Below are positions 1 to 12,576 of a DNA stretch of 64,000 nt, piece after piece. The notes beneath the pieces were generated by a model. It was not told the origin of the DNA and searched no databases. It worked only from the letters and a program-made list of their open reading frames with translations. Position 1 is the stretch's first letter, and the number at the start of each line of letters is the position of its first letter. The position numbers and the translations under genes are program-made. This stretch comes from Nageia nagi. Lineage: Eukaryota > Plantae > Pinophyta. The stretch is from positions 27,900,001 to 27,964,000 of the forward strand of contig JBITNC010000001.1 of NCBI GenBank assembly GCA_050084985.1. Direction: 5' to 3'.

Positions 1-1081
1 GGCAAAACCAAGGTTATTGTCTTCAACACTGTTAGAGAAGCTCTTTTCAAGCTCTTATTCTTTTACAGGGCTTAGCCAGTTGAGATTTCATATCCTACAT
101 ATATTTGGCATTCGATTTACAGGTCCTTTTCTCAATCTTAAGCCTATTGCACAGTCACAGTTTTGTAAGGGATGCACTTCCTTCATTACCTTTTTAAGGA
201 TGATGCTTTTATATATGCTTTCAGGGCATCCCTTCAAAGATTTGGCTGTTTCCCAACATCAGCACACCTACTTTCCTGTATGATTCATAGTTATAGGATT
301 AGAGTTTAGGGATTATGGATTGAGCATGTATTAAATTGGCTTAGATTCTTCTTTAGGATGCAATTCAATGCGAAAGGATAGTTCTAGGATGTGTTGTTGA
401 AGCTGAATTATCTGCTTAATCCCTTCATCATGAATGAATGTTAATGGTCAATTTTCATTTTCACACACTAAGATTCATGGAAGATTTTGCCTCAGATATT
501 GAGATCTGTATTTGGCCCTTTTCTCTCATACAGAGTTACTTCCATGAGTTTGGGTGGGTGTAAGCATGGTTGGTATTCAGATGTGAGTTCTCTTCTTCAG
601 TCTATAGGCATTTCGATAGATTGATTCCCTTGAATTTTTTACTGAATTGCACCCTTAGCTTTCTACCTCACAAGGAAATTATTAACTATTCTGCAGGCAT
701 GTCCACCAATGATTGATCTAAATTGCTTGGGTTTCTCTGTCCTATCCTCTCAGTCCTTAATTGGCTTTCTATGCCCAGCATTATTTGTTTCTTGTGGATG
801 TCATTGTTACTCAACCTGACTATTCCTAACGATATTGCCTCATGGCCCTAGGATCCCCATCGGCCAAGGTTGTTTTTCTCATAGTAGTTATGATTGGAAA
901 TGTGCCACTATAGTTCTAGGAATGAGAGGATATGCTAAGAGGTGGACACTGAATTATGTTTCTGATTGCAGGTTTTACAGGCTAAATAACCCTACTAATG
1001 GCTAAAGAACTAGTAGGGTTTTACAGGCATTGGTAAAATAGTTATTTATGAAAGAGAGTAATTTGTTTTTTCTGATTGCAG

Positions 1082-1150
1082 GTTCTACAGGAACGAGGAG
1101 AAAGCACTTCTCGTCATGGGCGTGCAACATTCTCTGTTTTGCTTTTTCAG
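1082..1150 (+). CDS. KEA2: KEA1/KEA2-type K+ efflux antiporter, internal exon (VLQERGESTSRHGRATFSVLLFQ)
   Basis: ttgcag acceptor, CAG|gttact donor, 69 nt phase 0. The peptide matches the conserved KEA1/2 cation/H+ exchanger (CPA2) domain. KEA1 and KEA2 cannot be distinguished. Confidence 0.93.
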
Positions 1151-2724
1151 GTTACTTTTTTAAAAAACTTGTGTTCCTTTCAGTCTGAGAAAGAAAGACA
1201 AACTTTAATGATGTTCAGGTGTGATCAAAGTTGTCTAATGGGATCTGAGAAATAAAAGCAAATGGTTACTAATCATTGTTTAAGCCAAAAAAGGATGCTC
1301 TAAAACGCAAGAGAACAAGATTATAATAACTAAGCTAGAACATGTTACAAATTATGTTTTGATTAGCATGCTAGAGGCATTAATATAAATAATAAAAATG
1401 CTGCCAGTTGAGTCTAAACAACACTGAGATGTTTGGTTGTAGAAGGCCTGCAGTGATCAAAAATCATCCCAAAGAGTCAATACATCATCTAATGATGCTC
1501 ACAGGAGAGTGGCTAAGGCTGAGTGGGCCTGGCTGGACTACCCTGGTAGTATATGAAGAGCAGCCTCTTTGGTGAGACCCAAAGGATCTTTCAGCCTTGG
1601 ATGTTAGGAGAGATTCTAGGGAGACCCAGCTTTGTCTTCCCAGTTTTGAGCTGTCATTGTTGGAGCCTTGGAGGTGATCAGATCTATCATCGACCTCTTC
1701 TCAGTTGTGGATGACGACACTACCCTTTCCACCGTTTCGGACTTGTGACATTACCTGACATGCTCTTTCGACGTTGTAAAATATTCACTGGCCTTTCTTT
1801 TAATGATAGACTCTAGTTTGCATAGCTTTTCATGTCAGTCCCAAGGTTTTTCAAATCTTAGTGCTTTTTCTTTTGAACTGCATTGTACCTTTGAGATTTC
1901 TTGTCACCCGGGGACATTAATTATATTTTCTTTCTTTCTTTCTTTCTGGGCTCTTCTAACTTCCAAGGCTGGTGAAATCATAGAAGGTAAGAAGTTATGT
2001 TTCCTGGGACTGTCTAACCTGTGTATGACTGGCCCATGATGTCAAAGTTTTGCGGAAAAGAGGATGTTCCTAGATACTTTAGCAGTGCCTTTGTGAGGGA
2101 ATGTTGTGCATTTGATAATTGATTTCTAAATCCGATTATAAAATGTGGTCTTTTTTTGCTTTTTTCTTTGTAAACCACTATTTTATATTGGAGAAGGGTA
2201 CTTGAACTCCATAATGCTACCTGGATGTGTAGTACAAGCAAAACACAGGAAGAGCGGTGGGATTTGTGCTCAGACCTCCACTATGGAAATTATTCACTTT
2301 ATCTATCTACCTTGCGTGGGTGGCAAACAAAATTTGGTTTTAGGATATATATCTTGCAAGAACAATGGAACTTTTCACTTTAACTTCTATTCATAGTGTT
2401 TAACTTGTTGACCATGCTTTTAGCAAACTAAACCTTTGCCAGTCTCTCTAAGCTTGGGCTAGGAATTGCATACAAATGAATCTTCAGAGATGATTTACTT
2501 ATAAAATACATATTAGTTTAGCATTTAGTTGGCTGTCCGAAGTTTGAAAAGTTACAACAGAAGGTGTTGAAAACAATTTCAGTGTTAAAAAACTTTTATT
2601 TGTTGTGCAAGACTGCAAGTCAAAGTTTTATTGAACATACTTTTTGAACCATTCTTAGCTTGCAATATGAACCATTCAAAACTATTTTAGCCAAGTCTAA
2701 TATATTCTATTCCTTTTTATGCAG

Positions 2725-2790
2725 GACTTGGCTGTGGTTGTGCTACTCATCTTGATTCCACTCATTTCACCGAATTCTTCAAAAGGAGGG
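2725..2790 (+). CDS. KEA2: KEA1/KEA2 internal exon (DLAVVVLLILIPLISPNSSKGG)
   Basis: atgcag acceptor, GGG|gtaaag donor, 66 nt. Completes the LFQ-D motif with the previous exon. Confidence 0.94.
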
Positions 2791-3540
2791 GTAAAGTTCT
2801 TTGACTTTCACATCTTAACCTTTTTTCTCATGGTGTGAAAGGAACTGATATTTATTTTATCAAATGATATATTTTATCGTAGGAAAACTAGGACCTAAAA
2901 TCATGGCTGCAAATCAGTTAGTTATTATTCAAGATTTCTATTTTCTGTCAATAAATGCGTCTTGAGTTTTTGGTTTGTCTTTTAACAGCAAAAATATTAG
3001 AGGCTAATTACATTATTTATACTCTTATACTAATTTGAATGATCTCTGTGAGATATGAGTCACCTTAAATGAGCAGTATCCTTCGAGCATGTATAAGAGG
3101 CCAGGCCAATTCTTACCCACAGATGGCAATGCAAAGTAACTCAGCATTTAGAAACTAAGGAGAAAAAGTAAATATATGCCAAATACTCGCCTTAAAAATT
3201 GTTTCATTTATGGGTCAAGCATCCAGAAACTATGAACTGAGTAATATTCCATTCTATCTTGTTGATTTGATGTCATCTGCTGCATGTTTTTTGATGATTT
3301 CGTTTAATTTTACAAAGCCATAATATATGCTGTGACGGAAATTATTGATTGTTTATATACTTGAAGTTTATATTAATAATTGTACTAGTAAATATTAAAT
3401 TCACTGTAATAGGATCAACGTTGCTCTTCATCCTGTTTGCTAATTTTCATGGCTTGCATCCATGAATGAACCAGTAGTATAGGTTATATTTACAAAATTG
3501 TCAATCTATGTACTATAAGACTAATAGTAGTACCTTGCAG

Positions 3541-3630
3541 GTTGGATTTCAAGCTATTGCAGAGGCTCTTGCTGTTGCAGCAGTCAAAGCTATAGTTGCC
3601 ATTAGTGGTATAATTGCAGGAGGGCGCTTG
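3541..3630 (+). CDS. KEA2: KEA1/KEA2 internal exon (VGFQAIAEALAVAAVKAIVAISGIIAGGRL)
   Basis: ttgcag acceptor, TTG|gtatgt donor, 90 nt in frame, conserved KEA peptide. Confidence 0.94.
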
Positions 3631-4775
3631 GTATGTAATAAGATGGTTGTAGACTTATAGTTTCTATTGCATTCATCGAAAATATAGGAAGCTGTGATTT
3701 ATTCTTTATCTTGATTTTTGGCACAGTACTCCTTTGTTTTTGCCTGAGAAAAAGAGGGAGGTCTCAGTGATTTATTCAGTTTCACAACTTTGTAATGGAT
3801 TTATATGGAATCTCAAAATAGAATTTTACTTATTGATGTTCTTTGTTCAATGACTTTGACAATGGTCTAGTTAATTTTGTTGCTGGTCAAAATAAGCATT
3901 CATCTGTTTAGTTTTAAAATTTTAAGTTTCAACATGGTTGTGCCAACTATGAATTGGAGCAATCTTGGCTTTTGCTTTGTAGTAAATACAGAACATAGTA
4001 TTCAGGTTTCTCTGCGTTACCTGAACCATTTTAGGGCTCACAAGTCTAAATGACTAAATTCTCTGAGTCTTATGCTTAACTTTTTTGTGATTCTTATGAG
4101 TTTGACGTTTACCAAGTCTAACTGTCGGCATTCTACCAGTCAAAATTTCAGTGTTTTCTAGACTCAACTTTCATCATTTGCATTGATGATTTTTACATGC
4201 TGTTCAAAACATATTTAATTTCATGCTTTGGCTTAGTAATTTTTAGTTTTGTTTTCCTTGATTTTAGAACCACCCTTTTGGGCATAATTGATGATTCTTA
4301 TCATTGACCTATTATTTTAGAGCTTCTTTCTTTTGTACAACAGATTGCTCACTGCAAGAGAGGACAGAACTTAATAATATAGTCAAAACATGCATCTTTG
4401 GAAGGATGTCTTGGAAATGTTTCTGGAATCGTTGATATTCTAGAGTAGGAAAAGAGGTGTACCATTAAAAAATCATGAGTTCATAACAGACCTGATATTG
4501 AGGGAGGGACCTGAAAATTGAACATTCAAATACATATATGATACGATGATCCCAATCGGATGACAATTGTAAAAAAACTGAATCTTAGGTCATAACCTTG
4601 GTTTTGCTAAGGTCAACTACAAGTTGAAGATGTTCACAAAAGTAGGCAATAGCATCCAGTTCTTCTTCTAAGCCCTCATATGAGTTTACCCAAAAAAAAT
4701 ATATTGTCAACAAATAGTAATATAGCGATGAGAAATAGAAGGAGGCTTGATATGAACTTAGATTCTTAGCTTATA

Positions 4776-6350
4776 TGTAAAATCCTCAAATAATTCTCCA
4801 AGCAAATATTAGCCAATTAAGTATCAAACAATATCAATATGTACTCCTAGGCATGCTACGAACTATACTAGGGCATCAAACATGAATAATAACAAGCCAG
4901 GAAGCCAAGCAATGCACCTCACTAGCTCAATTGCACCCCTATACCCTAACGTCACACTTGAGGGCTCATATATCATGCCAAACACATCCAGGAATGCCAA
5001 AGATTCACCATACAAGCATGCATATACAAAAATAGCTCAACTTTGCATATATGAAAGTACAAACATCAAATAATGAGACAACAAGTGAGATCCAAGTATG
5101 CCATGGCTCTATTATTGACAGAATAGATGAGTACAATACCGAATAGGCCTAAAGGGCTCAACGTTTCCCTCCAAGGAGCCAACTAGGGCATACAATATGC
5201 TGAGATAGATCGTGAAAGTTGAAATTGTTGTAGAACAATCACACACTACCAGTTCTGTGGATGCCTCACTGAAGGGCTCCCTCACAGGTTAGCTCTTGAC
5301 GAAGAGAACGAATGAGATTCTGGAATATCATTGGATGGATTCAAAGTTGCAAACCTTTTGTGGACACCTTAGGGTAGGGCAACCTCACAACACGAACACT
5401 CACCTCAACTGTAAGATAGAAAGTGTTCCATGCCTTTTGAACTCTCCTCATGCGCCGTGCTCAAGGGTGCTTAACACTGACAAGTCTTTGGTAACTCCAA
5501 AGAGAAGGGTTTCAATATAAAATCAAGTCTATCTCTGGAATAAGGCTCCACTATCTTATATAACATTCCCTGGATCTGGATCTCACCTAGAAGTCATCAC
5601 TCCAACCTTCAAGTCCAATGTTAGCCTCCTAGAGGTCCTCAAATGCCTAAACGTGGGGTTAGATGTGTCCTAGGTATCATGCCTATGCCAACGTTTCCTA
5701 GGGATTCCAATAATCACATTTAATGGTCCACATTACAAGATCCAATGGCTAGATATGCAACGCCTTATTATTGGAGACTAATATTGCATATACAATTATT
5801 AATTGCCTTAGAATCATATATTACAACTCATACAAGTGGCCCCAATATATTTATGATAAAACACACTAAATCTACTCTTAATTACCAAGCTCACACCTAA
5901 ATACAATCCATAACTAACTCATATCCCAAGGAGTGGGACGTCACACTTCAAGGGGTCAATATGGAGATGTTTCTGGATATCTGTGAGCAGCCATGATATG
6001 GAAGACTGGTCCAACTGGCGAACTTCAAGAGGCCATAAGTCTTTCATTTTCTGATGAAACCATTCATGTAACCTGTCAAAACGTTTCCCACGAGATGCTC
6101 TATCCAATGAACAAGTCTAATCAACTCTTCAAGACCTGTGGCGAACTCTATCCCCAAGTCTATCAAATTAGCAATAAATAATTCATCCTAAGCTTGGGAG
6201 GAAGATGTCCCACTTTGGGGCTCACAATGTGCGTCCATAGGACCATTATATTCTATCCCAAGTTAGTATTAATGCATAAACAAATTATATACAAAAGGGA
6301 ATACCCAGGATCGCAAATTTACTTAATTTTGTTAAAAAGGGGATGTTACA
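4776..6350 (-). mobile_element. solo LTR (1575 bp)
   Basis: Ends TGTAAAATCC...GGATGTTACA with perfect TSD TTATA (4771-4775 and 6351-6355). Both ends are similar to the solo LTR at 37671-40432. Confidence 0.88.
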
Positions 6351-6633
6351 TTATATAATCATGCTTTAGATGTGTAATATAAGATTATCGACAAGTCATT
6401 GTTCTCTATGTATTCTGTGTGAAGGTATGTATTTGTTTGCATATATCGTTATAACTATTTCGCTGATTTTTTACAAATTTGTATGTGCACATTTCTGTAT
6501 AAACTATATCTAAAGGCTGCAATAGATGTTGAAAAACAATGAGCAGATGATGAAAAGAATGTTGCTCAAAGTAGCAACAACGAAGGACAGCAGAATATTC
6601 AAATTATGGTAGATAACTTTAACAGGGTTTAAT

Positions 6634-7570
6634 TGTAATGTCCTGTATTAATTTCACAAATAATTCTGCAAATAAAATTTGATCTAAATAATAAAAATTC
6701 TGATCTAAAAATATATTCAGAAAATGCCCAGAAAATTTACTCCAAACATCATAAAATGACTAGATCTGCCACACAAATATTATTAAAATTGCAAATAATG
6801 TCTCAATACATAGATCTAATATTGATCTATCGAAATAGAGCACAACACATGTAAGAAATACCCTCCAAAGCTGGGTGTCACGCTGAATGCAAGCTCTGAA
6901 ATCTCTGATATAAATGGAAGGAATGTTGATAAGAAATTCTACAGCTGAAAACACAACCCTGCAAAAATCTGAAACTATAATACCACATCAAATCTGAAAT
7001 ACCACACAAATAAGGGTTCCCAAAACCCCAAATCTGATTTCTGAATCTGAGGTAGAAATGTTTCCCTGAATCTTTGAAGCAGTGAAGTCCAAATGCAAAC
7101 CTAGATAGGTTTGCCCTCACAAGATATAAGGGTTTTCGTTCTTGACCTTGAAAACCAAAAGGGTTTTCGTCCTCAAGGTTGGCTCTTGCAGGTTTTCGTC
7201 CACAAGAGTTGATCTCTCTAGGATTTTCATCCTCAAGAGATTAGGGTTTCAGCTTTCAGCCAAAACATCAAGTACAAGAGAAATAAGAATCAGCAACATA
7301 ATGTAAATGAACCCTCAAGTCCTCTTTATATAGGAGAAATGTTATAATTCTCTGTTGACTATTTACGAGGTGGCCATTATAACTTGAAAGTTAAAACATA
7401 ATATTCTTTCTCTTTATACATTACCATTATATTCCCTTCTGTTATTTTTTTTATTCTTTTATTTGTCTAACTCCATATAGAACACTTTCACACCACCTAA
7501 GATACACAACTTCCATACTTCACATATACAAATATGCATGATCCTGGAAATGAAAAATGGGGACATTACA
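6634..7570 (-). repeat. 3' LTR of the PDS5-carrying element (937 bp)
   Basis: TG..CA ends with a 10-bp perfect inverted repeat; adjacent PPT; TATA-like CTATATAAAG on minus near 7330. Confidence 0.9.
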
Positions 7571-8968
7571 ATACATCCCCTCCCAAGATTGCTTTTCCTC
7601 AAGCAATCGAACACAATTGCAAACCATAGCCATCATCATCAAGAATTCCAGGATCCCAAACTAGCCTTAAGAAAATTTTATTATACAGCCATAGTATCGG
7701 CTCAAGAGTGAATGCACAAGACAACATCAAAATTATTCTCCAAAACTGTCCCAAACTTGGTCTTTTGCCAAAGAAGGATGCAAAACCTATTCGCTGCCCA
7801 AATAAGATGCCACCAAAGCTGTATACAAACTGTCTCAACCTCCCATGTGCATCCCTTAAATTTTGTTTTTCATATCCTGACACCTGGTTATGCTTGGATT
7901 GACAGATTTGCTTAAGTTTGACAAAAGGGGATCTAGGGTACAACTTCAAGAGCTCACATGGAAATGTTCTCATCATCATTGGGAACATGCCATTTTAGGT
8001 CTTCAAAAGCCTCTATGAAATCAAATTTTGTTGTATTAAAACATTCCTTGAGTCCTTCGATGCAAGGATAACAAAGAACACACTTGAACTGGTTCAGTGG
8101 ATAGTATAGAACCAGAACTCGAATATTGGATCTTAACAGGTAGTTTTTAGATTCATTCACTTTCCAAGATGGTGCATCAAGAGCAACTGAAATAGCATCT
8201 TTCATTTCCTCTATCCTGTCCTCTTGCATGGTCTGTCCTTGCTGCTGTATTGAATCTAGAATGGGAATGGAGGGCAAAGACTGAATTTTCTTTTTCATCA
8301 TGTGGCCAGTCGAAGGACAGTTTTCACCTAAATTTGCTAAAACTGAAAATGTATCCCAAAAATCCTCATCATACCAATTCAGCATAGACTGATCATTCAT
8401 CTTCATTATCTTGATACCAAATGTTTTCCCCAATGTTTCAAACAAAACAGTCCTAAGCATCTACCAGAATGCAATCCCAAATGTCTTGAGGAAGGGTGCC
8501 CTAAGCATTTCCCAAGCTGTTGTCACAAACTCCATTATTGTAGTCTTAAACCCAGCAAAATTATAGCAAATACAGCTATAAATGTTATGAAAGTTGTAGC
8601 CTAACATATTAACAAAGGTGCCAATCAAGGTATCATCAACACTGGAGCCAATAATCATCCTGTTGGGGACATCAAATATCTCCATATAATTGCTATTTTC
8701 TGCTATTTTCTAAGTGCTACAAACAAGTATGTGTGCAAACTACTGACTTATGTATGCACATATTAACCTCTTCCAAAAATGCAACTGCTGTATTCCATAT
8801 TTCAAGGTTAAGAGCACCATCCATCAATCGGAACACAACTGTTAATGGGCAATTTGAGTGCACAAGACAGTCTAGATACCAGTGATCAAACAAGCCTGAG
8901 ATGTGAATATCATTATTTTCACTAACAGAAAAAGAATCACTTTTTAACTCAGATTTTGTAATTACTCC

Positions 8969-9346
8969 TGCATTCTGGGTCATCTTCCCATTGAAACTAC
9001 CCTTATCTTTGGTGATTATGATCTTGTTTTTGGTAAAATCACTAATGTGTGAGACTTCTTCTATATTAATGAACTGTTTTTTCTTTGCAGAAAGAAAAAC
9101 AGTCATTACAAAACTTGCAATCTCAAAACTCAAAGAAAACAACTCAAATGTGACATTAATGAGCAAATGATATTGCAATTTCTCATGAACTTCTTTACTC
9201 AAAACATTAGCATGAACAACAGCTTTATAAGCAACTGTCTCACCGGAGTTAATACATTTGCAATGCTCTTTTCCAAGGAAGAAGTCTTTCAACAAAGTCT
9301 GCACCTCAGGAACTGTAATTAACCCAAGAAACACATAGTGGACTGT
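8969..9346 (-). pseudogene. HSP70: captured cytosolic HSP70 fragments within the mosaic ORF
   Basis: VPEVQTLLKDFFLGKEHCKCINSGETVAYKAVVHANVLSKEVHEKLQYHLLINVT...SLSFEIASFVMTV vs HSP70 [70 protein letters not shown]. Second block KNKIIITKDKG...KMTQNA vs KNKITITNDKG...KMVQEA. Confidence 0.88.
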
Positions 9347-9430
9347 CACTACTGCCGCATCATTAGGCTGCACAAAGCCTTCTCCTAGCTTCAAGGTTTT
9401 CAATTCTTCATCAATAACTGCTCCATCCAC
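9335..9430 (-). pseudogene. probable captured FKBP (ROF1/FKBP62-like) fragment
   Basis: KTLKLGEGFVQPNDAAVVTVHY resembles FKBP KILKEGEGYERPNDGAVV / LKEGEGWETPxxGDEVEVHY. The match is short. Confidence 0.55.
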
Positions 9431-10879
9431 TGTCTCACAATCGCTATATGCTTGAAGTGAGCAATTATTGGCTTAATGTCCAGTTTCTTTCAAGTTTCTA
9501 AAAGGTCCAATAATTCACAATGAAGATTTTGGACTGTTCTTAAGTATGGCTGAACATTTGTGCAACTTAGCATTCTGTTGAAACAAAGAAAACACAACAA
9601 TTGCTATAAGAGTAGACCTACTACAAATTGTTGTTCTTTGTATTTCTTTCATCTGCTTCAAGGGTGCTAAGACTGATTTTAACTCAGCCTCAAACATTGC
9701 TAATATTTCAGTTCTGTAAAGTGCGTCAATCTTAACAAGTGCTACCTCAAAGGCCAACAAATCTTCAACCCTCTTTGTACCAAAAGTTGTCATCTTGATT
9801 GTCAATGTCTCCCTTACATGTGTAGATCCATGACTCACCGGATTGGCTAATGTTTCATCATCTATTGTTTTTTCATTTGCAATTTCTGAAATCACTGAAT
9901 GGTCTATCCTGTTAACATCAAAGTTTGTTTCCAATACACCTCCAAACACTGGCCAAATGTCTGTCTTGAATTTCTTATAATATACAGCCCAAATTACACT
10001 AAATGAGGCAGTAAGTTTCTTCATGTAAACCGAAAGATTCTTGTGCACCCATTTCTTACTATAGATACCCTCAAACATGAATATGCCAAGCAAGTAATCA
10101 ACTTTACATCTTAGCAATGCATTTTTCTTTTCAGTTAACTTATGAGTGTCAAGATTTCCAAGAAATAAAGAATTGCTGGCATAAAAATCAGATCTTCTTT
10201 CATACCTTTTCGAAGGGTCTTCATTGTTGTTCCAACTCCCAAGAAGATCATCATGATGCTCAAGAGATACCCACATGTACTTCACTAAATTTGAGTTGCA
10301 AACAATTCTCCCATCATGCACCAAAACACCTGGATCCATGGAACTACGGGTGATTTGAAAGAGTATAGTGAACGTCATGAGGAATTGATTCCTCCATCAT
10401 CATCTTCAAAACCAAAGGGCTGAACTAATGTGTATGCTCTCACAGGCTGATTTGAAAACTCCAATACATTCATCTACATCATGTTCTTTCACAACAAACT
10501 TGTCATCCCTTTTAATTACATCCTTATCATATGTAGGAGTATGCAATACAAAGGAAACACTTTGTAATTCTATTGAACAAACCTCATGTGATATTGTGGT
10601 CTCTTCCACTTCAATTTCTGATTTGGATTCTTCAACATACTCTTCTTCTGAAAGTGCATGAGTGATCTCAACAATGCCATTAGTTGTATCAACTTTACTA
10701 GTGCCATCAAAGGATCCAATAGTCATAGAATTCCCATGCACCATTTCATCAACCATAGTTGCATGTATTTTTAAGGAGTCACTTTGTAATTCTATCATAC
10801 ATACCTCATGAGATAGGGTATTTTTTTCATGTGAAATTTCTTCTATTGGCTGCTCTTTTGTCTTAATCTCTTCAATGTC

Positions 10880-11553
10880 CAAGAAAGGATTCAAGTTCTT
10901 CTCACATCTCTTCACAATGCTGTCAACCAAAACATCGGCAGCATGTGAAGCAACCAAATATTGCCTCCAAACAACCTCTAACATAGTCCCAAGTGGCTGA
11001 GGAATTTTTTCACTTTCATTAACGATTAGAATCATAATATCTCTCATGGTTTCGATGACATTATTAGCATGTTCCTCCCTAGCTGAAGGAATGGAATGAT
11101 GAAACATTTCGTAAACCAAATCATCCATGTCCAAATCTATCAAAATGCAACCCATTCTAGTTTTTGCAAATGTTTCAAGCATGGTACCCCTCCTAGAGAA
11201 ATGAGAACATGTAACATCCTTAAAACCCTCAAAACTATCAACCAATAACTGACATATTGTTCTCAATGTGACATTATCATAAGGAGCTTTAGGTGCAAAA
11301 ATTCTCAAAATATCATTCAAACAAGAAGTAGCCATGATTCTTGCTTGCATATTTGTCTGTTTCAACCATCTAGACTTGCCCAAAGCCTTCACCAACGGAG
11401 TTATAGCTGCTTGTGGCTGATTTATCATTTGCAAATAACCTTCTATATCCCCAATATGTGAAGGATAGCATCTCTTGGTTGAAATAGAAATCCAAATCCA
11501 CTTCTTGCATTAGTAAGCTTCTCAGCCAACTCTTTTCCTTCCAATGGTGCCAT
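10880..11553 (-). pseudogene. PDS5: captured intronless PDS5 (sister chromatid cohesion protein) N-terminal domain
   Basis: ORF 10406..11434 reads AITPLVKAL...SCLNDILRIFAPKAPYDN...LLVDSFEGF...MLETFAKTRMGCILIDLDMDDLVYEMF...MRDIMILIVNESEKIP, collinear with plant PDS5 (ACISEITRITAPDAPYDD...ILETVAKVRSCVVMLDLECD). The original ATG at 11553 (MAPLEGKELAEKL) is restored by +1 nt in the C run at 11449-11452. Confidence 0.9.
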
Positions 11554-11703
11554 GATCTTCAAAATCCTAGCTCAAAACTCTGAAAAATACTGAATCCACT
11601 CAAGACATGGCTGGATAATAGATCAAGATTTTTTGTGCTAAAAAATGACCTTTAAACCTGCAGATTTTATCTCATAAGCCTAGACGATTTAGTATAAGAA
11701 TAC

Positions 11704-12576
11704 AAATTTGATCTAAATAATAAAAATTCTGATCTAAAAATATGTTCAGAAAATGCCCAGAAAATTTACTCCAAACATCATAAAATGACTAGATCTGCCA
11801 CACAAATATTATTAAAATTGCAAATAATATTGATCTATCGAAATAGAGCACAACACATGTAAGAAATACCCTCCAAAGCTGGGTTTCATGGTGATTGCAA
11901 GCTCTGAAATCTCTGATATAAATGGAAGGAATGCTGATATGAAATTCTACAGCTGAAAACACAACCCTGCAAAAATCTGAAACTATAATACCACACCAAA
12001 TCTGAAATACCACATAAATAAGGGTCCCAAAACCCCAAATCTGATTTCTGAATCTGATGTAGAAATATTTCCCTGAATCTATGAAGCAACGAAGTCCAAA
12101 TGCAAACCCTAGATACGTTTGCCCTCACAAGATACAAGGGTTTTCGTCCTTGACCTTGAAAACCAAAAGGGTTTTTGTTCTCAAGGTTGGCTCTTGCATG
12201 TTTTTATCCACAAGAGTTGATCTCTCTAGGATTTTCATCCTCAAGAGATTAGGGTTTCAGCCTTCAGCCAAAACATCAAGTACAAGAGAAATAAAAATCA
12301 GCAACATAATGTAAATGAACCCTCAAGTCCTCTTTATATAGGAGAAATGTTATAATTTTCCATTGACTATTTATGAGGTACCCATTATAACTTGAAAGTT
12401 AAAACATAATATTATTTCTCTTAATACATTATCCTTATATCCCCTTCTATTTTTTTTTATTCTTTTATTTGTCTAACTCCACATAGAACACTTTCACACC
12501 ACCTAAGATACACAACTTCCATACTTCACATATACAAATATGCATGATCCTAGAAATGAAAAATGGGGACATTACA
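11704..12576 (-). repeat. 5' LTR of the PDS5-carrying element, lacking its inner ~40 bp and the PBS
   Basis: Aligns to 6675-7570. Similarity stops at aaatttgatctaaataa. No TGGTATCAGAGC-like PBS between 11553 and 11704. Confidence 0.85.

Larger units (their letters stand above)
6634..12576 (-). mobile_element. non-autonomous LTR retrotransposon with captured host-gene mosaic (no gag/pol)
   Basis: Direct repeats 6634-7570 and ~11704-12576, roughly 95% identical by eye. Terminal inverted repeat TGTAATGTCC/GGACATTACA. PPT (GGGAGGGGATGTAT on minus) abuts 7570. Degenerate TSD TTAAT/CCAAT. No RT/INT motifs inside. Confidence 0.9.

Noticed and set aside
1-950. ORF 17..283 and surrounding possible LINE remnant
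   Set aside because: No diagnostic motif or boundary could be identified.
6760-7120. ORFs repeated at 11789-12137
   Set aside because: They recur only because they lie in the two LTRs; no recognisable protein.
9515-10378. RRM-like (NSLFLGNLD, IDDETL) and extra HSP70-like (KRVEDLL, KIDALY) snippets
   Set aside because: Only 6-9 residue resemblances; not supportable by eye.
10406-11434. Functional nested host PDS5 gene
   Set aside because: It is intronless, frameshifted near the start, limited to the N-terminal domain and lies between LTRs.
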